Part shown: one piece after another, positions 53,606 through 64,000 of the stretch
Layout: each line of letters opens with the position of its first letter
How positions within the stretch are numbered: the stretch's first letter is position 1
NCBI RefSeq assembly: GCF_009914755.1
Contig: NC_060940.1
Length of the DNA stretch: 64,000 nucleotides
Origin: the human T2T-CHM13v2.0 reference genome, Homo sapiens
Direction: 5' to 3' (one strand)
The notes under the pieces: generated by a model
Seen by the model: the letters and a program-made list of their open reading frames with translations, nothing else
Told to the model about the DNA's origin: nothing
Databases searched by the model: none
Translations under genes and position numbers: made by a program

Positions 53606-54319
53606 AATGGACAATTAAAAAAATTATATGCATCAGCTTTAGTTGTTAATAAGCAATTTTTAGGGCTGATCAGCTAATTAAGCCAATGCACAAGATTCTG
53701 CGCCTGGGGTGGATATTTGGAAATGACTAAGTTCTGTTGAATGAAAAAGTAGGAGTAAATCATTCCTGAAGCTTGAGTGCGATCATTATCATTAACATAT
53801 GGGACACTGTATAGCTCAGGAGTCTCAGACGCATCTGCTAATAGGGGCCAGACAGACCATGGGAGTTATTAGAGCAGGCCAGTGGGAGTGGTGGGGACCG
53901 TGGGGACCTTCACAGGGATACTTCTTCTACATTCAGCTCTGGCTGATTGTCCCCATGTAGGAATGTAGGCCCAATGTTGCTAGTTCTTCCATTTTTTTTT
54001 TTTTTCAGGAGACTTGAAATCCATCTGCTTGTCAACTAGATTTTTTTCTAAAATAGTGTAAAGTTCAAACTTTGTCGGTGACCACGGGTAGAATGTTTGA
54101 TAGTGTATAACACATGGTCACCCTTATTATGTCTTGCCATTCTACATTGTCTCCATTCTACAGATTAGGAAACCAAGGCTCAGGAAGGTACAGTGACTCC
54201 CCAAGATGGACATAGCCAGGTTCTGAAACTTGAACCTATGCCATTTGGCTCCATGTCAACTGCTTTCTCTTCCTCCTCTATCATAGCTGTCTCCTCATGG
54301 CTGAATATGTAATGGAGAG

Positions 54320-54835
54320 ACTGATAGTACACCAAAGATTCATGCTTCCATTTCCATAGCACAGGTGGTGAGTGGGAAGTGGCTATGAGCTAGGGACTGC
54401 AATTCCCAGCCTCTCTTCTTGTTTTATTTTTTATTGTTTTCTTTTATTTTTTATTTTTTTCTGCAGCCTCTCTTCTAGATCAAGTCATGTGACAAGTTCT
54501 TGCCAATGAATGGAACATGACAGGAAGTGATATGTGTTATTTCCGGGCAACAGCAATTAAGAAATGGGTGCATCTTCTCCACCCTCTCTTTCCCCTCCCA
54601 CAGCTTGCTGCAGAGGAACCCAGCCACTTGGAAGCCATGTGTTGAAGATAAAAGGACCACAAGATGGAATACATCCGGTTTCCTGATGTATTTTCCTCCA
54701 AATACATCATTTGGAGGAAAGCCAACTCCAATGCGTAGTGCTCATTTTGGACTTGATAAATAAACTTTCATTGTCTTTAAGTCATTATATATTTTTGGTT
54801 TTGTTATAGCAATTAGCATTACCTTAACTGATAGA
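54320..54835. mobile_element. MLT1-type MaLR LTR
   Basis: gtcatgtgacaagttcttgccaatgaatg...aaataaactttcattg...gttatagcaattagc. Confidence 0.65.
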
Positions 54836-55974
54836 AATATGAATGGACTTTAAAACATTTTTCCTTTTTCCCTTCCATAGTAACAGGAGGAGTTCATAAT
54901 GGACAGGGTTATCCACTTGAATCCAGCAGGGCTTCGATGAGAAAATGACTCAAATTAGGTTTGGTTTCTAGGGATGGGAGTGTAGTGGCCCTCAGTGTCC
55001 CAGTGTCACTGCCTCTTGACCCTCTGCCCCCTTCCCAACCTGGCATTAAAGGAGGCCTCATTCATGCTTCAGCCTGGGGTGAACATATTATCATTGCTGT
55101 CTTCTGGAGAAAGGCAACAGACAAAACAAGCATTCGGCCTGTCTGGGCCGCACACCCTCAACCAAGATAGGAGTCAACATGTTTGGGAACATCAAAGACA
55201 GTGTGGTATCTTAAGCATAAGGAGATTAACATTTACAAAGGTTTGCCCCTCAGCCTAGTCCCAGGAATCCAGCAGACAGAGCCAGAAGGGACAATTAACA
55301 TCACCCATCCACACTGGGGTCTTCTGGCATCTCAGAAGATTTTCTTTTGAGCTTTCTGCTAGATCTGGGATGGAGGAGGCAAAGTCTAGTCTCGTATTTG
55401 AGCAAGAACCCTCTGCACTCAAAAGAGATGTTAAAACATGCTGGGCATGACAGCATAGGTGTGAAGTCCCATGGGAGAATTCTGCCCCACTAAGTACTGT
55501 GCACTGGCACTCAAAGGGAGAGAGTTTTTACCCAGAAAGTCAGTACCCTCCTAAGCCAGCCAGTCAGTACAAAGGGACTGAGGTGGGCTGTGTGGCCGGA
55601 GGAGGGGTGAGGCACTGGTTTGCCTCTTTGAAGCAAGAGGTCAAGAATATCCCAACACACTCCAAGCGCTGGCAACAGTAGGCAAAAATGGGGGACCTAA
55701 ATCCTTTACAGCTGTTGGAAACCATACCCTATTCAGAGATAATTGGCAATTAGTTAAACAACTCCTGTTTAAAACACTCCTCCTCCCCATCCTTAAAGAC
55801 AGCTGTGTTTAAAAAGGGAAGGGGAGAGACTTCTCAGGAAACCTAATCTTCAAGTCTATTCCCAGAGCTCTGGGAATCAATGAGTTAGAGAATTTAGAAC
55901 TATGTCCAGGCAATAGAACATCTTTCTAAGACCTATTGCTCCATTTTTCTCTTGCAGTACAACATAGCAACATA

Positions 55975-56180
55975 GTGGCCAAGAGCACAAACTTGGGAGT
56001 TAGAAAGGCCTAGGTTTGAGGACCTACTCTGCCACTTATGAGCTGTGGGAACTTGGGCAAGTTGCTTAAACTCTCTAAGCCTCAATTTTTTCATCTGTAA
56101 AATGGGCATGATAGTAATTGTACTATGAAGATTAAATGAGATGGTGCCTGGCACAGAGTCAGTACTCAGAAGTGTCAGCT
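55975..56180. mobile_element. MIR
   Basis: ttgggcaagttgcttaaactctctaagcctcaattttttcatctgtaaaatggg. Confidence 0.85.
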
Positions 56181-56452
56181 CATAGGCATACAGGCATATT
56201 CAAACCCAAATTCCTTAGCCTGGTATTCAAGGTCTTCTACAGTTTATCTCCAATCAACTCTTCCTAACTCTGCCTCACCTCATGTCCTCTATTATCTAGC
56301 CAAAAAGAACGAACCCACCAGGCTTTAGTTTCCTCTTCTGTGAAATGAGATCAATGAATTGGATTGTCTCTAAGTTTCCTACCAATCCTACTCTTCTAGG
56401 CCTTGGGAAAGCCCCACCCCATACCTTTGACCACACCATTCTCTCTGCCTAG

Positions 56453-57590
<1,138 letters not shown>

Positions 57591-58400
57591 GTCAGAAGAC
57601 CTGGCAATCTGGGACCTGGACAGTTGTCTGGAGATGGCTAACTACTGCCCCCTACAGGTGGGGCAGGTGTTCCTGAATTTTTTTTCACCTCTGATGCTTT
57701 CCTAATTGACTGATTTTCTGCCTGGGCCCAGAAGGCAATTTTCCTTCTCCTCCCCCTTCTCCTCCTCTTCCCCCTCCTCCTCCCCCCCTTTCCTCCTCTT
57801 CCTCCTCCTCCACCTCCTCCTTCTTCTTTGTCTGGTCCTCCTATTCCTTTGTGTGTGTGTTGGAGGGTGGTAATTATTTCTTGTCTCCCAGCTTATGTTG
57901 GAATTTTTGATGTTTATAGGCACCCTCATCTTCTCTACTGGCCTGTGAGATTCTTGAGGACTGGATTCTTATTCATTTCTGAAGCCCAAAGGACCTGGCC
58001 CAGAGTCTAAATGCAAAGAGGGGTTGAGCAGGGGCCCTGCATGCCTGTGAATGGAATCCCTGCAGTTGTACAACCCAGCCAAGTGAGTGAGTGAGCTTGT
58101 GAGTGAGTGAATAGGTTAATGAATGATGAAGATGTGTACTTACATAGCACGTTTTATGTGCCAGGCACTGTACTAAGTACTTTACAGATGTTAACTTATT
58201 ATAAAATGAATGGACACAGGAGTAAATATTGAATGAATGGGTCCCTGTGCTTGGTTCTCGGCTTAGGGCTGATGACCTCTTTTCTCTGGGAGATATGAAC
58301 ATACATTCTCAGTTCTGAGCCCCAGTTGGCTTGGGAGCTCTTTCCATGTTCTAGACCTTGGTTTCAACAAGCTTTACTCACATCAGTGGAATGGGGATGA

Positions 58401-58830
<430 letters not shown>

Positions 58831-59854
58831 TGGTTTCCTCTTCAATGTTCAGTCTCATTCCCTGAGAGTAGGACATTCTTTGTGTTTGCACAAATGTTTG
58901 CATCAATCTATTTCATGTATATGACATTTTAGAGCTTAGTATTTCTTAATTCATTATCTACTTTGATCCTGAAGAGTTACTTATTTCTCCCTCTTCCCTA
59001 CCTCCATTATAAGGTATGGAAAACACACATTACTTTATACTCATTTTACAGATGAGGAAACAGAGGTCAAAATGGAGAAAAAGGATTTGCTCTAGGTCGT
59101 ACTGCAAGGTAGAGACTCTCACTTGCACTTCTGGCTCAACTCTTTTTCTGTTTCATTGCAAAAATGTGTAATACTTAGGTGGAAAAACATCCCAATCCAT
59201 TGGCCACCATTGTGATATCAACAGAGAGGAGGACATGGTGGTTCTGTTGATTGAGGGTGGTGGAAGGAAAGTGCAGGAAGAGAGGCCTGATTGGAGGTGG
59301 CTGGGGAAGACGTTGAGAAGGGGCTTGGGGACAGGGATAGAGGAAGCGAGAGTGATAGCACTCTCGCACACCCACTGGACCCATTTGTGTTAGCTCCCTG
59401 GGCCCATGGGCAGGCACATTTCTGATCCATGATGTTGACAGAGGACCCAGAACCCAAGCAAGGCCATATGCAAGTTCATGTTTTAAGGGAGCAAACTCTA
59501 AGAAAGCAAGAGGTGTGAAAGTAGAGGAACAAGGTACTCCTGGGGCAGCTGACGAAGCCGATTGCCCCCACCACCCACAAACCCCTGAGCTTGGTAAAGC
59601 CCATGTAGACAGGTAATCCACACACTCCTGCCTTAGGGCCAGAGCCACCCTCCCATCCCTGCCCTCTGGAGACCAGCTGTCCTTCCTCTAGGTCCTGTCC
59701 CCTGCCCTCCATTCCATGAGGTCCCTGAGTAGCCTTGCTGCCAATAGAACCCAAATGGAAGAGGCAGCTTGGATTCTGTGGTACTGTTCCCCGTCTCAGG
59801 CCATCTTGCTGGTTATCTTATTTGAGTTTTGTGATCATGTGGGAAGGAAGCAAG

Positions 59855-60870
59855 GAGTCCTCCCCATTTGACAGATGAAAAAACTGAGGCCAAAAAGAGT
59901 TCGGGGGCTTGTCCAAGGTCACACTGTGAGATACTGGCTTAGCCAGGACCAGCATCCAAGGCCTGGCTTTAGGAGTTTCAGTTTCTCGTCACCTTCTCCA
60001 GGTTTTATTGACATTAATTCCCCTCCTGATGGCTCACCTTCCCCTTTCTGTCTCCAGAGGTAAGACTTGCTTGACAGAGTCTGCCAGAATGATTTGGGTT
60101 TTAGTTAAAAACTAGGAATTTCTGCCCCAAGCCACCCAATGGGAAAAGAGTAAGCAGAAAAGAAATCCCTCAGAGAGAGAAAGCAGGTGAGAAAACAGTT
60201 TTCAGGGACTATGTTACTTGGATGATGGTAGTAACTGATACCCAACAGGGTATTACCCTGTGACAGACACTGTGTACTAAGGTCTTTACATGAATTAACT
60301 TATTTCATACCGTTAATAGCCATATGTGAGAGAGACAAGATTATAACATGCGATATCAGAGAAGTTAAGCAACTTGTGCCAGGTCACACAGCTGACAAAT
60401 GGCAGAGCTGGGATTTGAACTCACAAGGCCGGGATTTAGAGTCTTTGCTCTTAACATGTATTAGCTTATTTCATCTTCCCCATGCTTCTGTGATAGGGGT
60501 ACTATCAGTACCTGCGCTGTAGAGATAGTCAAACAGAGATTCAAAGAGAAAAGGTGATTTGCCCAAGCGGTAAACTAACACCCTTGTTCTCTTTGAGTCC
60601 AGGCCAGACAGCACCTCCTTCATGTGCATACCCCAGGAGTGGAGATGATAGATGCTGACCATAGCTAGCACTGAATGTGTATGCATAATGTGTCAGCCAC
60701 TGTTCTAAGTGCTTTGTGAGTATTCACACATGCAACCCTTACATGGGCCTTATGAAGTTCATACAAATTACCCCCATTATACAGATGAGGAAACCGAGGT
60801 CCAGGGAAGCTACGTAGCTTGCCCAGCATCACACAGCTGGTAGGTGGTACAGTCTGGCTCCAGAGCCCTT
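59855..60870. mobile_element. Cluster of MIR fragments
   Basis: repeated acagatgaggaaac(t/c)gagg and ggtcacacagct cores. Confidence 0.7.
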
Positions 60871-62299
60871 CTTCTTTTCAGCCTTGTGTGCTAGACAAAG
60901 GCCCATTTTAGGCCTAAGGGACATGAAACACTGTGCAAAAATAGCATCTAGGTATGGGAGAGTTGTATCCAGGGAAACATCAGCCTCCTCTACTCTGAAA
61001 AGCACCAGAATAAAAGCCGATGCTCTCTGGTGCAGCCCAGACCAGAGTTTGGGAGGCATCCTCAGCTGAGATGCTGAGAACCCAAGAATGAGACAATGAG
61101 ATGCTCCCCAGAGGCTTGGCAGCCTGGGGAATTCAGTGGCTTCTCATTAATGGAAGCCCACAGGATATGCCCAATAAAGGATGTTGCTGATTGGGAAGGC
61201 CGGCCCCTTGCTTTGCACAGAGGAGATCCCAGTGTCAGAAATTATTAGGGGTCAGGTTTGTCTGTGAGCCAGGCTGGGAGCCAGGGCAGAGGTAGTGGGG
61301 AGATGAGAGGAGAGGGCTATTAATAAGACAGAGAGGAGGGGAGATGGGATGGGGAGGGAGTGAGAGTGAGATTGAGAGAGAAGGGGAAGAGAAGGGAGGC
61401 ATATTGAAGCAATCGGAAAAAAAGTCAAAGAAGACAGCATAATTTTCAGCAGGCTCTTTTTCATCTCCTATCCCCCACATCCTTGACTCCATTCCTTTTT
61501 GCCTCCCGCCTCTAAGTTGGTGATTAAGTTATCATGCAAATAACAAATACAATGGAAGTGGCTTCTTGAAAAATGATTTCAGGAAATAAATAATTGTCTT
61601 CATGAGCACTGGCCAAATACAACGATTCTGGTTCCTTTTTTTTTCCAAGATGGGGCTAGAGAGGGAGAGGTGGGGAGCAGGTCACAGGCCTGCTGGTGGA
61701 ATTGCCTCTCTGTGGCTCTGTCTCTCTCTCTCTGTCTCTCTCTCTTTCACAAGTGAAGGTACATTTCATCGTCATGTCTGACTATCCCAGCCAGGTAAGT
61801 GCTCAAGACAATGAAAACTAGAGACAATAAAGCAGGCCGCAGCCTCCATCCCCAGGTGGAACCCAGAAGCCAGCACTCAGAATGACAGGGAGCCCAGGCC
61901 TCCCCTGAGACTCCAGCAAAATCTGCAGTCCTCTGCCCCACAGTTTTAGGGCAGAAAAGCCTGCCACCCTCTTGCACTCTAGGAGAAGCAAAACTCACCC
62001 CCAAAATACAACCCCCACCCCAAAAGAGCTGGGAGGGGGAATGTGTTTCATTTGACTCAGGCAGAAAGATAAACTTGTTCCTCCCAAGAAGAGGTACATT
62101 TCCCTTGATGACTCCAAGTCCTACATTCAGAGCTCCTGGTAAGAGCTCCTAGCTAAGGATGGACAGCTTCTGTGGAAGTCTTTGCAGATCATAACAGGTG
62201 GTTTTCTTTTTGTTTATGTTTTACAGTGTTGATGGTAGCTTCACGGTGTGGTGTTGTCTCCTACTTATGTGTAACACTTTTGTTCTTCTCTTCTTTCAT

Positions 62300-62588
62300 C
62301 CGTCTCTCCCTCCCTTTTTTCCCTCCTTTCTTCCTTGCTTTTTTTCTATCTTCCCTTCTTTCCCTTCCTTCCTTCCCTTCTTCTCTCCTTCCTTCCATCC
62401 TTCTTTCCTTCCTTCCTTTCTTCCCTCCTTCCTTCCATCCTTCTTTCCATCCATTCTTACTTCCATTCTTTTCTTCTTTCCTTTTTTCCTTCCTTCCTTC
62501 CATCCTTCCCTCCCTCCCTCCCTTCTCCTTCCTTCCTTCCTTTCTTCCTTCCTTCCTTCCCTTCCCCCCTCCCTCCCTCCCTTTCTTC
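62300..62588. repeat. (CCTT)n/(CCCT)n polypyrimidine satellite
   Basis: imperfect ttcc/ccct array. Confidence 0.9.
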
Positions 62589-62589
62589 A

Positions 62590-63220
62590 ATACACATTCA
62601 CTGAGCACCTACTCTATGTCAAACTCTGTTCTATATTCTGGGAGTACAGCAGCAAGGTAGGCAGACAAGGTCCCTGGCCTTATGTGATTTACATTCCATA
62701 AAGAAACTACAGACAATCAACAATCAACTACAGACTCACCACCAACAATACTTTAAATAGTGTTAAGCGCTATGAAGGAAAAAATGCAGGAGTGTCACGG
62801 GGTGAGGCAGGAGTTTCATGGTGTTGGCTGGAGAGGTGGCGGTGGGGGTGTCCATACTAGGTTGGACAGTGAGGAAAGGTGCCCCTGATGCTGTCTGTGA
62901 ATGAGGGGAAAAGCAGTAAAAGGAAAGGTCAGGACGGAGGACGGGGAGTGGCATGGGATCCTACAGGACATGATTTTAGATTTTCCTCGGGTAAGTTGGG
63001 AGCTAGGGCAGAGGAGCGGCATGATCCCTCCAGCTGTGGTGGCCATGGGTGGAGGGGCCGAGACAGAGGCAGGAAGGCTGATGCAATGATCTGGGTGGGA
63101 GACTGGCAGAGTGAAAGCAGTGGAGACAGTAAGGCTGGGGGATCCTGGATGAATTTTGAAGGTAGAGCTGGATTTGCTTAGGAACTGGAGAAAGTTAGTG
63201 TCATCCTTGGGTGATGACAA
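62590..63220. mobile_element. L2 fragment
   Basis: cattcactgagcacctactctatg...gaattttgaaggtagagc. Confidence 0.7.
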
Positions 63221-63796
63221 GGTGAGTATGAGTGAATGATCTGCAGCTCTCCCCTGGGAGTGAGACCTTTACGGCTTCCATGCGTGCCTCTGCTTTGGAA
63301 GCAAAGGCAGGGAAGCTAACATGTTGACCTCCTTCCAGAGCTTTCTGGTGGCCAGGAGAGAAGGCACCCTCCTGGAACGTTTATCCTTGCTACCCCTGCC
63401 AGGCGCCTCTCTGCAGAGTGTCCCTACCCCCTTTTTGCACAGGGTAAAAAATACATATATGCCTTGATTTTCATTGATCCATCCTGAATCAATGCTTTTA
63501 AAAAATCTCACGCACATTTGGCTTAAGAGCCAAAGCATGCATTTTATGTTTTGACATGGTGTCATCGATCTGAGGCACGTGTGTGTGTGCCCCACCTGCC
63601 CAAGACCCCCGCCCATCCCCCCGGTGGCCGCCCTGTGATTCTGCGTCCTTAATGGCCTTGCCCCTGCCTGCACCTTCAATGCCTCCCCTGGCCCTCAGCA
63701 TGGGGCCCTTTCTCGGGTTTTTTGAAAGAATCGATAAGGTGCCGGGGCCTCCTGCGGCTGCTTGTCACTCACACTCCACCATATAATAAATTATGT

Positions 63797-63832
63797 ATCT
63801 CTCTCTCTCTCGCTCTCTCTCGCTCTCGCTCT
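63797..63832. repeat. (CT)n/(CTCG) microsatellite
   Basis: tctctctctctctcgctctctctcgctctcgctct. Confidence 0.85.
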
Positions 63833-64000
63833 AATTTTTATTGCGTTTGTTGATGGCTCTGTGATGGTTGACTTTGCCCAGGCTCAGAGGCAGGGTGCAG
63901 TTGAACTTTAGTGAGGACATGGAGAAGGGGCAGCAGTCTTAGGAAAAGGGGCCATGGGGGCAGTGGGGGAAGAGGAGAAGGCATTAGCTGCAGACTATGA

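Noticed and set aside
62172-62701. Hydrophobic F/L/P/S ORFs resembling membrane proteins
   Set aside because: Translation of the (CCTT)n satellite

Overview
Human genomic DNA (chr16q12.2, IroquoisB cluster, recognised from gene content). The centre holds a large CpG island with two head-to-head genes. IRX5 is on + with 3 coding exons; I reconstruct 483 aa with a TALE homeodomain and IRO box. The lncRNA CRNDE is on -, and I reconstruct its spliced 84-aa micropeptide CRNDEP from four exons that the ORF track misses. The flanks are repeat-rich (Alu, L1, L2, MIR, MaLR LTRs, Tigger, MADE1, STRs), while about 22 kb around the genes has no recognisable Alu and contains several enhancer-like motif clusters. 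The most notable inference is that CRNDE exons look like a decayed, longer protein-coding gene: all CRNDEP junctions are phase 0, the skipped exon 3 is restored to frame by removing one T, and two 113-nt exons are open apart from stops one substitution away from sense codons. Other observations: IRX5 translational/isoform signals (overlapping uORF, in-frame intronic ATGs, NMD-escaping intron retention), an L1 3' transduction and a templated duplication inside an old L1. Repeat boundaries and subfamilies are by-eye estimates.
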